From: a virus
Lineage: Duplodnaviria > Caudoviricetes
Direction: 5' to 3' (one strand)
IMG/VR virus record: IMGVR_UViG_3300028840_001367
Coordinates: 1-60,368 of that record
DNA: 60,368 bases
Shown here piece by piece: positions 8,068 to 17,201 of this stretch. The position numbers were made by a program, and so were the translations under genes. Positions within the stretch are counted from its first letter, which is position 1; each line of letters starts with the position of its first letter. A model generated the notes under the pieces. It did not search any database, was not told the DNA's origin, and saw only the letters and a program-made list of their open reading frames with translations.

Positions 8068-8475
8068 ATGATAGCATATGACACCTCTGGCTCAACCAGG
8101 GACACTGGCACTGCTGACTCTGGCACCTCTGGCAGCTTGTATGACTGGTCAGAGCAAGACAGAGCAGACATTGACCAGATTGCAGAGACCTTTGGTGTTG
8201 CTGCCAGCAGAGCCTTTGACTTGTGGCAAGAGATTGCTGCTCTCTTTGGTCAAGCAGCAAGGGACTTGGCAGACATAATTGAGCAACTCAATGACAGCAT
8301 TGACTGGTGCTTGACACCAAAGGTGCAACCAGCACTGGTCATGGTTGGCAGCAAGCGAGTCAGCAAGAGACGCTTTGAGCAATCTGAGCGTCTCTTTTCG
8401 TACCCTCAACTCACGTGGTACTCTGTGACAGCACGGTTGCACCCACAGACGTTGCCAAGGATAGGACACAGATGA
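8068..8475 (+). CDS. Hypothetical protein
   Basis: RBS GAGGAG, ATG at 8068. Confidence 0.7.
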   Translation: MIAYDTSGSTRDTGTADSGTSGSLYDWSEQDRADIDQIAETFGVAASRAFDLWQEIAALFGQAARDLADIIEQLNDSIDWCLTPKVQPALVMVGSKRVSKRRFEQSERLFSYPQLTWYSVTARLHPQTLPRIGHR

Positions 8476-8690
8476 GACGACCAAAGCACAAAAGAGGAGA
8501 GCAGCAGTTGTGGTCACTGGCAGTGTCTCTTGACGTTGCCAAGCCAATCATGGCAGTTGTCAGGCAAGCTGGCTTGTGCTGCTGGTATAACAGCAATCGT
8601 CAAAGACTTGAGGGTAAAACAGAGCAATATAAGCAAGCAATGCAAGCACTTGATGCTGCTGGCATGGTTGAGAGGAGAGCACCAGTATGA
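8472..8690 (+). CDS. Hypothetical protein
   Basis: ATGA overlaps at both ends. Confidence 0.65.
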   Translation: MRRPKHKRGEQQLWSLAVSLDVAKPIMAVVRQAGLCCWYNSNRQRLEGKTEQYKQAMQALDAAGMVERRAPV

Positions 8691-9700
8691 CATTGATTAA
8701 AACAAAGCATGGCACAACCTTTGCCTTTTTGTCAGATGAGCAAAAGGCACGCAGAGCCAAGCTCATGCGCGATTTTATGAGAGACCATGTCAACCCTCAG
8801 TTTGTTGACCCCAACTCTGAGGTGTACAACATGCAAAGAGAAGTCAGCAAGGGTGACCCTGAGAATTATGCAGAGTTTCAGCACCAGTACAGAGTCATGC
8901 GGTGCCAGTTTCTTGCTCACACGTTCTCAGTCAAGGCTGGTGGCATGGTCATGCAACGTATGATCTGTGGTGACTGGCATGAGTGTCCAGATTGCAGAGC
9001 AGTCAGGGTTGAGACTTTCAGAGCCTTTGCAGACAATGCACATGCTGAGCTTGGCAATGACCTTGTGATTGCCATTGTCACTGAGCAGCAATGGTCAAGC
9101 CTCAGACGCAAGCTGTCAGGCAGACCCTCATACAGAAAAATGCCTCTTGAGGGTGACACCAATGCCATACTCATTGACCAGACACAGACCCATGCTGACT
9201 TGTCTGTATATGAGCAGCTTGAGTACAGTGATCTTGATTGGGACACTCTCATTGAGACGCCCAAGGGCAAGAGACCGTCTGGTGACCTTGGCAGACCGTA
9301 CAAAGAGCCAGAGGCAGATGAGCCAACCCTTGTCATTGAGCACACCCTGTCACGCTTTGACTTTTCCAAGGCAGACAAGCCAAGGTCAGTGCTTGAGGCA
9401 GAGGCAGAGGACTTTGCCATGATGGTAGCAGCACGCTCTGGTATACCAGAGTTTGACAAGGTCAAACTTGAGCAGACCGTGAGGCTCATTGAGAAACAGT
9501 ACACAGTATACTTGCTCAAGCGTGGTGTCAGACTCGATTGGCGTTACACCATCAAAAACAAAGTGTCACTTAGTGCATATACAGATGGTCTTTATAATAG
9601 ACTAATTGACAAAGCCAGAGAGGATGTTGAGCAAAATGTGCCCAACAAACTCTGGCACCAGACCCTTTTGACTGCACGTGGTGTGCCTCTGGCAGCATAA
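8687..9700 (+). CDS. Hypothetical protein with C..CGxWxxCPxC Zn motif; possible replication initiator
   Basis: Clear ORF with RBS; the Zn motif resembles N-termini of some Rep proteins, but no HUH motif is seen, so function is tentative. Confidence 0.45.
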   Translation: MTLIKTKHGTTFAFLSDEQKARRAKLMRDFMRDHVNPQFVDPNSEVYNMQREVSKGDPENYAEFQHQYRVMRCQFLAHTFSVKAGGMVMQRMICGDWHECPDCRAVRVETFRAFADNAHAELGNDLVIAIVTEQQWSSLRRKLSGRPSYRKMPLEGDTNAILIDQTQTHADLSVYEQLEYSDLDWDTLIETPKGKRPSGDLGRPYKEPEADEPTLVIEHTLSRFDFSKADKPRSVLEAEAEDFAMMVAARSGIPEFDKVKLEQTVRLIEKQYTVYLLKRGVRLDWRYTIKNKVSLSAYTDGLYNRLIDKAREDVEQNVPNKLWHQTLLTARGVPLAA

Positions 9701-9705
9701 GGCAG

Positions 9706-9737
9706 AGAAAAGCACCCAATCTGGCATGGATGTTTTT
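9706..9737 (+). repeat. Dispersed repeat R, copy 1 (core AGAAAAGCACCCAATCTGG)
   Basis: 19-bp core identical in 6 copies. Confidence 0.95.
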
Positions 9738-9766
9738 GACCAAGCCTCACTGCTTGTCTCACTGAC

Positions 9767-9795
9767 TTGACACAACTTGACGCTTGTGGTACAAT
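9767..9795 (+). promoter_or_regulatory. sigma70 promoter
   Basis: TTGACA-17-TACAAT with TG extension. Confidence 0.85.
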
Positions 9796-9846
9796 GTCTG
9801 TGCACGAAAAACATTAAACAATGCAACGCAAGAGAGGAGTCAGGAC

Positions 9847-10296
9847 ATGAGCGACAAGTTGAGCAAAGAGAACGTCACAGCTTTTTTGGCAGAGCTTGCA
9901 GAGCTTTGTGACAGGCACGGTCTGACCATTGAGGGTTGTGGCTGTTGTGACTCACCATACTTGGGTGAGGTGTTGGACTTTGAGACTGTGACTCATTGTG
10001 TGACTGGCATTGGTGGCAAGCGTCTCATGTGCAGCAAGAGGCACAAGAGGTACACAGCACCCATTGCCATGCACCATGAGTACTGGTATGGTGTACGTCC
10101 AAGCGTACCCTCACACCCACACAAAGAGCCAGTCTGCTCACACACAAGCTGTGACTGGTATGACAATGGTCATGGCACTGAGCAGTGCTGCATGTGTGAC
10201 TATTTTGACACCCCACCAACTGAGGCAGCTTGCAGAGCCAAGCATGACGGTTGTCACCAGCACTGCATAAGACGCAAAGACTGCATACCATTCTGA
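9847..10296 (+). CDS. Cys/His-rich phage protein (CGCCxSP motif)
   Basis: RBS GAGGAG; FLAELAELC.RHGL.I.GCGCCDSPYL. Confidence 0.7.
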   Translation: MSDKLSKENVTAFLAELAELCDRHGLTIEGCGCCDSPYLGEVLDFETVTHCVTGIGGKRLMCSKRHKRYTAPIAMHHEYWYGVRPSVPSHPHKEPVCSHTSCDWYDNGHGTEQCCMCDYFDTPPTEAACRAKHDGCHQHCIRRKDCIPF

Positions 10297-10309
10297 GAGG
10301 AGAGCACCC

Positions 10310-10774
10310 ATGAGTGCCAAAGAGAATGCAGACACACGTACAATCACAGATACCAGCCAGTCACTTGAGGTGAGGATTGAGTCAGCACGCTATGCAATCA
10401 AGCACCTCAAAGTTGACCATTGCCTTGTGGCATACATGATGCGCAACTGGTCAGATGAGTTGCAGAGCATTGACAGGGACATTGACACCCTGGTCTGGCA
10501 GCTTGGTGCACCCAACTCAGACGCTCATGTCAATGATGTGCTTGGGGTGCTTGAGACCATTGAGCAGCGAACCAAGGCACGCTGCAACCGTTTTGACAGC
10601 ATTGAGCTTGAGCACAACACTGACTTGAGGACATGCCATGCTTGCAAGGCACGCTTTGCCAGAACCTTTGACATGGTCATTGGTGCACCCTTTGCCCACA
10701 CCTCAAGCCTCACGCTCTGTGGGCACTGCTTGCTGGCACTTGCTGCCAAGATTGCCAGTGAGGTGCCAGAGTGA
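10310..10774 (+). CDS. Hypothetical protein with C-terminal CxxC...CxxC
   Basis: RBS GAGGAG; CHAC and CGHC. Confidence 0.75.
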   Translation: MSAKENADTRTITDTSQSLEVRIESARYAIKHLKVDHCLVAYMMRNWSDELQSIDRDIDTLVWQLGAPNSDAHVNDVLGVLETIEQRTKARCNRFDSIELEHNTDLRTCHACKARFARTFDMVIGAPFAHTSSLTLCGHCLLALAAKIASEVPE

Positions 10775-12471
10775 CTCAGACAAGACTTGACACCATACTG
10801 TCAAAACACAATGTCACCCCACAAGACTTTGGCTTGCCACCAGACCACACTGACTGGCGTGCTCACCAGCTTGAGACGGTCTTGCAATGGCTTGACTGGC
10901 ACAACGTTGACTCAGATACAAGGATAACAGAGGCACCAACTGGCTCTGGCAAGTCAGTGTACCCAATCTGTCAGGGTGTACTTGGACGTTCTGTCATGGT
11001 CACAGAGACCAAGAATCTGCAAGACGCATATGGCAAGCAATACGGTGCTGCTGTCTTGTATGGCAGAGGCAACTATGCTTGTGTACACCCCAAGGCAGAC
11101 AGTGACACCAAGTGTGATGAGTGCTTTTTTGCTGAGAAGGGTATGCACAAGTGCCCTTACAGTCAAGACTGTGAGTACCTCATTGCCAAGCATGTTGCCA
11201 GCACTGCCAGCACTGCTGTTGTCAATTATGCATACTGGCTCACAGCACAGAGGTACAAAGACACTGGCATTGTCAGCTTGACGCTTGATGAGGCACACTT
11301 GCTTGACAACATTGTGCTCAGTTGGTCAGGGTGCAAGGTTGACGACAAAGACAGGCAAGCATGGGACTTGCCACAATTCCCAAAGTACCCAAAGGGACTT
11401 GGCAGACCAGCAGACCTTGAGCACATTGCTGACTGGCTCAAAAGCTCTGTCAGCAAGCTCAGTGAGACTGCACCAGGGTTGCAGAGACAGGCAGAGCTTG
11501 GCAATGAGACTGCCAAAAAGCGTCTCAAGGCTTGTGAGAGTCTCAAGCGCAAGCTGGCAGCAGTACTTGAGGCAATTGAGGCAGTGCAGTCTGCTTGGTT
11601 TGTTCGTTCTGGTCCTGGTCAGTGCTGGCGCAATGGCAGACCGTTGCCCGGTATTATCATTAAACCATTGACCCCAAGGTACCATTACAAGAGGCTCTTT
11701 GTACCAAGACCAGGGTCAGAGCAGCACCATTGGCATACCTATGCCATGTCAGCAACCATTGGTGGTGTTGAGACCTTTGCCAGCAACCTTGGCATACTCA
11801 AGCCAGTGAGCACCGTGGTGCCAGACCAGTACACACCAGAGCAGAGACCAGTGAGACTGCTTGATTGCCCACCAATGAGCAATGCCTATACCAAAAAGCA
11901 CCCTCAAGCCTTTGACCAGCAAGCAGACTCAATTGCCAGAGCCATTGACTCAGTTGACTCTGGCTGGTCTGGTCTGGTGCACGTCACCAGAAAAGCTGAG
12001 GCACAACTGCTGGCAGACCGTCTTGCCAGACGTGGTCTGCAAGACCGTGTGTGGGTGCCACCACTTGTCAACAAGAGACTCAACAGAGCGTATGGCACCC
12101 AAGAGCAAGCTGCACTCTGGCAAGAGCGTCTGGCTCAAGTGCCCAACTCAATCATGGTCTGCTGGCAGTTTTGGGCTGGTTATGATGGCAGACAAGAGCG
12201 TATGGCAATCAGTGCTAAGGTACCATACCCTTTTTATGGTGATGAGTATGAGCGTGAGAGGCTCAAGGTTGACAAGGGACAGTACAACTTGAGAGCAGCA
12301 CTCAAGCTTATGCAAGGCTCTGGCAGATCAAGACGTGGTGACCCTGGTGACTATGACCAACCAGAGCTTGGTGTTGTCAATGGTTTGGTTGCTGTTGCAG
12401 ACGGCTCACTTGGTAGAATCAAGAGCTTTTTGAGCCAGAGCTTTGTTGACGCTCTTGTACCCTGGTCATGA
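10771..12471 (+). CDS. DinG/XPD-family SF2 helicase
   Basis: Q motif WRAHQ, EAPTGSGKS, Cys cluster after GRGNYAC, DEAH, MSATI, KVPYP, QGSGRSRR. Confidence 0.9.
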   Translation: MTQTRLDTILSKHNVTPQDFGLPPDHTDWRAHQLETVLQWLDWHNVDSDTRITEAPTGSGKSVYPICQGVLGRSVMVTETKNLQDAYGKQYGAAVLYGRGNYACVHPKADSDTKCDECFFAEKGMHKCPYSQDCEYLIAKHVASTASTAVVNYAYWLTAQRYKDTGIVSLTLDEAHLLDNIVLSWSGCKVDDKDRQAWDLPQFPKYPKGLGRPADLEHIADWLKSSVSKLSETAPGLQRQAELGNETAKKRLKACESLKRKLAAVLEAIEAVQSAWFVRSGPGQCWRNGRPLPGIIIKPLTPRYHYKRLFVPRPGSEQHHWHTYAMSATIGGVETFASNLGILKPVSTVVPDQYTPEQRPVRLLDCPPMSNAYTKKHPQAFDQQADSIARAIDSVDSGWSGLVHVTRKAEAQLLADRLARRGLQDRVWVPPLVNKRLNRAYGTQEQAALWQERLAQVPNSIMVCWQFWAGYDGRQERMAISAKVPYPFYGDEYERERLKVDKGQYNLRAALKLMQGSGRSRRGDPGDYDQPELGVVNGLVAVADGSLGRIKSFLSQSFVDALVPWS

Positions 12472-12749
12472 GCGATGACATGCCAATAGTACTCACACCC
12501 AACCAAGCACGCATTGTGTACCAGAGGTATTGGGGTGACAAGTCATTGACCCTTGAAAAGCTGGCAACAGAGTATGGTGTTGACAAGTCAACAGTCTCAA
12601 GGGTTGTCAACAGAGAGACTTGGTCAGACGTTGCAGACACCCCACTTGTCATGGTCTCACCCACCAGTGATTGTGTCAAGTGTGTGCACCGTCACTGGTG
12701 CATTGCTGCTGGCAATATCGTTGGCAAGTGCGACAAGTACCAACCTTAA
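12468..12749 (+). CDS. HTH DNA-binding protein with Cys-rich tail
   Basis: TLEKLATEYGVDKSTVSRVVNRETW; CVKC..C..C. Confidence 0.75.
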   Translation: MSDDMPIVLTPNQARIVYQRYWGDKSLTLEKLATEYGVDKSTVSRVVNRETWSDVADTPLVMVSPTSDCVKCVHRHWCIAAGNIVGKCDKYQP

Positions 12750-12763
12750 CCATTGCAACACTT
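12742..12763 (+). promoter_or_regulatory. Bipartite motif copy 3
   Basis: aaccttaac-cat-tgcaacactt. Confidence 0.7.
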
Positions 12764-12775
12764 GTACCAAAGGTC

Positions 12776-12804
12776 TTGACCCAACTTGGCACTTGTGGTA
12801 CAAT
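12776..12804 (+). promoter_or_regulatory. sigma70 promoter
   Basis: TTGACC-17-TACAAT with TG extension. Confidence 0.8.
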
Positions 12805-12945
12805 GACTTGCAGAGAGTACACAAGCACTCACACAGAGCTTGAGAGAGGAGAGAGCAGAGCAATTGTACAGTTTGGCTCAACTGGCTGGCTGGTCAACCG
12901 TATCATTATCTTGTGAGCAATATGCTCACCATAGGAGAAAACAGA

Positions 12946-14139
12946 ATGTCACAAGCAAGACGTATATGGGACTTGGCAAGTTTGGGTGTAAAGGGTGACA
13001 AGGTTGCAGAGGTGCCAGTTGGTGGTGTTGACTTTGCTGCCAGCAGCTTTATTGCACCTTGGGACATCAAAGTTGTGTACACCTTTGGCACCAAAGAAAA
13101 CCCAACGCAGCACAACCAGAATGCACCAGAGGACAAGCGCATTGTCATGCCACCTTATGAGGTGCGTGAGGGTGGCATATGGTACTGGCTCACGTACAAC
13201 ACGTTGCCAGAGGCGGTTGCAGCACAAGACTTGCTTGACCCATCCGACGACAAGATCAAACCCAGTGCACAATGGCACATTGAGACCCATGCTGCTGAGG
13301 TGCTCAACAATGGTGACCTTGAGGCTCTGGCAAATGCCTTTGGCGTGGTCATGGACTTTGACGTACCAATCAAGGGTCTTGCTGGCTCTGAAAACTTTGA
13401 GGCAGTGCACCGTCATGAGTACCAGTTGCTCTCTTTGCCCTATGCAGTGCAAGCTGCTGCCTTGGCAATGGGATATATCGAAAAAGAGATCTTTCATGCT
13501 GAGGAGTTGACAGCAGAGGGTGCTGACGTTGACGGTTGGACAGAGCAGCAGTACATTGACTATGTTGGTGACCCCAAGGGCACTGACATCTGGCAGAGCA
13601 CCTTGGGTGAGCGTCGGCGTGCTCTCTGGCTTGCCTTGGGTGAGGAGAATGTCAAAGCGTACACGTGCATTGGCACAATGACCCCCAATGGCAAGAGTGA
13701 GGCAAAGACCAACACGGTCAGTGCTCAGCTTGATGAGTGCTTGCGCTTTGTGCTTGGCATTGAGCGTGAGTCACGTGTATATGGTCGTCTGCTCATGGTG
13801 CCAGACCCAAGGCCAAAGGCAACGTATGGTCCAGAGCACAAGCGTCTGAGTGTTGCCTGTCTGTCTGAGATCTTTGGGCCAGAGTTGCCAGAGGTGCGTG
13901 AGCTTGCTGCCAGCGTTGGTGCTGAGGAGATTGCTGAGCGTGGTGGCAACAAGGCAGCGTCTCACCCTCAGTTGCCTGAAAACTGGACAGGTGCCCATGA
14001 TCTGTTTGTTGCAGAGTTGCGCAAGGCTGGACGTGACAAGCCAGCACCAGTAATTGTGGCAGAGGTGTATGCTGACTCTGTTGAGTTGCTGGCAGAATGG
14101 TGGCAGTACATGGATGACAACAACTTGTGGTCTGAGTAG
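12946..14139 (+). CDS. Hypothetical acidic protein in the recombination cluster
   Basis: RBS AGGAG; long ORF; no motif recognised. Confidence 0.8.
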   Translation: MSQARRIWDLASLGVKGDKVAEVPVGGVDFAASSFIAPWDIKVVYTFGTKENPTQHNQNAPEDKRIVMPPYEVREGGIWYWLTYNTLPEAVAAQDLLDPSDDKIKPSAQWHIETHAAEVLNNGDLEALANAFGVVMDFDVPIKGLAGSENFEAVHRHEYQLLSLPYAVQAAALAMGYIEKEIFHAEELTAEGADVDGWTEQQYIDYVGDPKGTDIWQSTLGERRRALWLALGEENVKAYTCIGTMTPNGKSEAKTNTVSAQLDECLRFVLGIERESRVYGRLLMVPDPRPKATYGPEHKRLSVACLSEIFGPELPEVRELAASVGAEEIAERGGNKAASHPQLPENWTGAHDLFVAELRKAGRDKPAPVIVAEVYADSVELLAEWWQYMDDNNLWSE

Positions 14140-14157
14140 TTGACACCAGCAGCACTG

Positions 14158-14195
14158 AGAGAGGGTGACTGGCTCAAGCTGGTCACCCTCTTTTT
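14158..14195 (+). terminator. Hairpin family copy 2, intrinsic terminator-like
   Basis: AGAGGGTGAC...GTCACCCTCT followed by a T run. Confidence 0.7.
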
Positions 14196-14208
14196 GAGAG
14201 GGTATACA

Positions 14209-15075
14209 ATGACCATATGTTATGACCCAACAGAGGCACGTGAGGACACAAGAGCACCTCAAGAGTTGCTGAGGTACTCACAGAGCCTTGGCAACCTTGA
14301 GAGCAACACTGGCTCTGACTTTCTGGTCACCCCACACAAGGTTGCACTTGGCACCGTCAATAACATCAGACCACACCAGTTGCAGCTTGAGCAATGGTGC
14401 AAAGACGGTGTGCTTGTACAACGCAAGTCTGGCAGAGACATGTTGCAGAGCATACCCAAGCTCAATGAGATACAAGCACGCATGAGTGTCTGGTGTGGCA
14501 ACCCAATCTTGCTGGTGACTGACTTGAGCTTTGGTGAGGGTGAGGTGTGGTGTGATGGTGAGATTGTTGACGGTTGGTCAGTTGAGAGCGTGAGAGGTGC
14601 TCTCTTGGCTTGGCAAGTTGTACGTGGTGGCTCTGTCATTCTGCTGCCTCATGACGGTCACATACTTGAGACCATGCAGCAGATTGAGCACTTGGTGTGC
14701 CAAGCCTACACAGAGCCAGTCAAGCTGGTCAACAAACACCAGCACCAGAGTCTCAACTTGGTTGACCAAAACTGGTTGACAACCAGACGTGCTTGGCCCA
14801 AAGGTATAAGCCAGACACAGTTGACCAACCTTGCCATGCACCTTGCCACCAAACTTGACACAGAGCCAAGCCTCATCAATGCCCTTGAGCTTGCCCGGTC
14901 ACCACAAGTCACAGACGTTGACGGTTGGGGTGCCAAGAGCAGAGACAAGGTCATTGATTGGGTTGGCATGGAGAGCATAAGACAGCAACTCAAGGTGAAG
15001 CTTGGCACTGTCAGCGATCCAGCAGACCTTGTCAAGTTGCAAGAGCTTGGCTTTGACATCATAGTTGACGTATAG
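14209..15075 (+). CDS. ERCC4/XPF-Mus81-like nuclease
   Basis: YDPTE, SDFLV, VQRKSGRDMLQSI (ERK..D variant), HhH-like VDGWGAK at C-terminus. Confidence 0.7.
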   Translation: MTICYDPTEAREDTRAPQELLRYSQSLGNLESNTGSDFLVTPHKVALGTVNNIRPHQLQLEQWCKDGVLVQRKSGRDMLQSIPKLNEIQARMSVWCGNPILLVTDLSFGEGEVWCDGEIVDGWSVESVRGALLAWQVVRGGSVILLPHDGHILETMQQIEHLVCQAYTEPVKLVNKHQHQSLNLVDQNWLTTRRAWPKGISQTQLTNLAMHLATKLDTEPSLINALELARSPQVTDVDGWGAKSRDKVIDWVGMESIRQQLKVKLGTVSDPADLVKLQELGFDIIVDV

Positions 15076-15085
15076 GAGAGACGAC

Positions 15086-16450
15086 ATGACACAAGCAAGA
15101 CAGGCAACTTTTAGTATGCCATTGAGCACTGGCAAGTACCTTGACCAGACCGTGCTGTTGCAGCAGGGTGTTGTGGTGGTCACTGGTGCTCACAACACTG
15201 GCAAGACAACCTTTGCACTGACCAGTGTGCTGCCAGACGATACAGAGACAATCTACTATCATGATGCAGAAAGGTCTGGCAACAAGGCTCTGGCAGACTT
15301 TGAGGCTCAAGGTCTCAAGTTGGGTCACTATCTTGACCTTGAGGCACGCTTTTCACCAGACCCAAAAGACGGTCAGTTGTACTTGCCAAAGACAGAGGAC
15401 TTGATTGCAAGGCTTGACAGCAATGACTTGCCATGGGCCAACTCAACAGAGCAGACTGCCTTGCAGCAGTACTGGCAGACCGTCAAGCACGACATTGCAG
15501 AGCACATGACCCCAGGCAAGTACAAGGTGTATATCCATGACACCATTGTCACGCTTGAGGCTGGCATGGCAGCTTGGGTGACTGACAACAAAGGCATTGG
15601 TACTGGCAAGGCTGGTTGGACAACATACGGGTATGGTAAGATGTGGACAGAGGGTGTATACCCGTTGTACAGAGGCTTTCTGCAAGGGATCTTTGACCGT
15701 GGTGTTGAGCTTATTGTGCTCATTGCACACCTCAAGTCACCCTGGTTTGGTCAAGGTGACAATGCCAAGCGCATCCCTGGTAAGGTTGAGCCTCAAGGCA
15801 AGCCAGTGCTCAAGCTTATCTCAAGCCTCATGCTCTGGCTTGAGCAGTCAAGCAATCCAGACGGTGCACCCTCTGGCGTGGTGCTCAAAGAGCGTCTTGG
15901 CTCACTGACAGCAGCACCAGCAGTTGAGGGTGCCAAAAGACGCTGGTCACCAAGACGCAAGCTGCCAAGACGTATACCACATTGCGTGTGGTGGCAAGAT
16001 GGTGACCCCAGTATAGCACCTCTTGGCTCAATTGAGCAGTACCTTGAGCACGGTTGTGACCTTGCCAACCCAAGACCGGGTGAGACGCTCTCTCAGCAGA
16101 CAAAAGAGATGATCGGTCACTCTCTGTCAGACGCTCAGTTGAGGTACATGGTTGCAGAGGCAGAGGCAACCAGAGCAGTTGAGCAGCAAAAGCTGGTACG
16201 CTCTGGTGCTGCTGTTCCAACCGTCAATGGTGCTCAAGCTCTTGCCAATGGCTCTGGTGACTTGACGGTGCCACGCAAGACAATTGACGACATCAAAGAG
16301 CGTATTGAGCAAGCTGGTGGTGCACCAATGGGTGTTGACGCTTTGCGTGAGCAGATTGTTGGCACTGCACCAGCACCAGTGCAAGCCAAGATTGCCAGTG
16401 CCTTTGACATTGCAATTGGTGAGCTTGGGTATGAGGATGGTGAGTCATGA
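15086..16450 (+). CDS. AAA_24/Sak4-like P-loop ATPase (recombination)
   Basis: GAHNTGKT, YHDAERS, YIHDT, LIAH. Confidence 0.7.
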   Translation: MTQARQATFSMPLSTGKYLDQTVLLQQGVVVVTGAHNTGKTTFALTSVLPDDTETIYYHDAERSGNKALADFEAQGLKLGHYLDLEARFSPDPKDGQLYLPKTEDLIARLDSNDLPWANSTEQTALQQYWQTVKHDIAEHMTPGKYKVYIHDTIVTLEAGMAAWVTDNKGIGTGKAGWTTYGYGKMWTEGVYPLYRGFLQGIFDRGVELIVLIAHLKSPWFGQGDNAKRIPGKVEPQGKPVLKLISSLMLWLEQSSNPDGAPSGVVLKERLGSLTAAPAVEGAKRRWSPRRKLPRRIPHCVWWQDGDPSIAPLGSIEQYLEHGCDLANPRPGETLSQQTKEMIGHSLSDAQLRYMVAEAEATRAVEQQKLVRSGAAVPTVNGAQALANGSGDLTVPRKTIDDIKERIEQAGGAPMGVDALREQIVGTAPAPVQAKIASAFDIAIGELGYEDGES

Positions 16451-16848
16451 GCACAACTGAGTCTCAGGATTGGTTGACCACAGCACAGCTTGCTGAGCAT
16501 GGCATAAAGGCAAGCAAGGCAAAGCACTATGCCAGAGCACTTGAGCAGCAAGGTCTTGCACGCAAAGTTGGCAGTGACAGACGTGGTCAATGGCTCTTTG
16601 CACCAGAGACCATTGAGTACCTCAAGCAAGACCAGAGAGGCAACCAAGGGTACAAGGCAATGACCACAGAGCAGTCTGAGCTTGTCAGGCAGTACTGGTC
16701 AGAGCACCCCACAGTCAGACATGTTGCCAAGTCTCTCAAGATTGGCTGGTACACAGCAGCACGCTGGCTTGCCTTTCTTGAGTTGAGACCGTTGACAGAC
16801 GGTACCATGACCAACTATGCCAGCAGAGGCAAGGGCAATGACCAGTGA
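16447..16848 (+). CDS. HTH DNA-binding protein (MerR/excisionase-like plus a second HTH)
   Basis: WLTTAQLAE...ARKVG...WLF; TVRHVAKSLKIGWYTAARWL. Confidence 0.65.
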   Translation: MSTTESQDWLTTAQLAEHGIKASKAKHYARALEQQGLARKVGSDRRGQWLFAPETIEYLKQDQRGNQGYKAMTTEQSELVRQYWSEHPTVRHVAKSLKIGWYTAARWLAFLELRPLTDGTMTNYASRGKGNDQ

Positions 16849-17044
16849 GTGTGTCAAGCTCATGGTGGCTGTTGTGACTGGTCATGTCTCTGGTCTGTGT
16901 GTGGGTGCTGTGCTCACCCTGATTATTAGCGTCATGGTCTCTGCAAGTCTGTCTGCCAGACGTGAGGGTGCCATGCTCAGAGCACTGAGGCTTGCTGCCA
17001 AGCAAGAGCGTGAGGCACGGTCAAAGGAAAAGCAAGACAAGTGA
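16838..17044 (+). CDS. Small membrane protein
   Basis: Hydrophobic segment followed by a basic tail. Confidence 0.55.
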   Translation: MTSECVKLMVAVVTGHVSGLCVGAVLTLIISVMVSASLSARREGAMLRALRLAAKQEREARSKEKQDK

Positions 17045-17088
17045 CCCTGGTGCTATGCGTGAAAGTTGCGTGAAAGTTGCCAGCAGTT

Positions 17089-17106
17089 TTGACACTCAGT
17101 TGTCAA
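17089..17106. promoter_or_regulatory. Palindromic operator TTGACA-N6-TGTCAA
   Basis: Also at 24144, 24750, 50389, 56370 (and 56391 with 1 mismatch); all intergenic, next to promoters. Confidence 0.65.
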
Positions 17107-17124
17107 GATTGCTGGCTTTTTGAC

Positions 17125-17153
17125 TTGACATCACTTGTCACTTGTGGTATAAT
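17125..17153 (+). promoter_or_regulatory. Consensus sigma70 promoter
   Basis: TTGACA-17-TATAAT with TG extension. Confidence 0.9.
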
Positions 17154-17201
17154 TCTTGCAAGTCAGCACACAAACGAGTCACCACACAGAGGAGTCAGAC
17201 A

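Noticed and set aside
17056-17080. 11-bp tandem TGCGTGAAAGT x2 (and CAACCAATCT x2 near 2484)
   Set aside because: Two-copy local duplications with no further copies seen; function unsupported.
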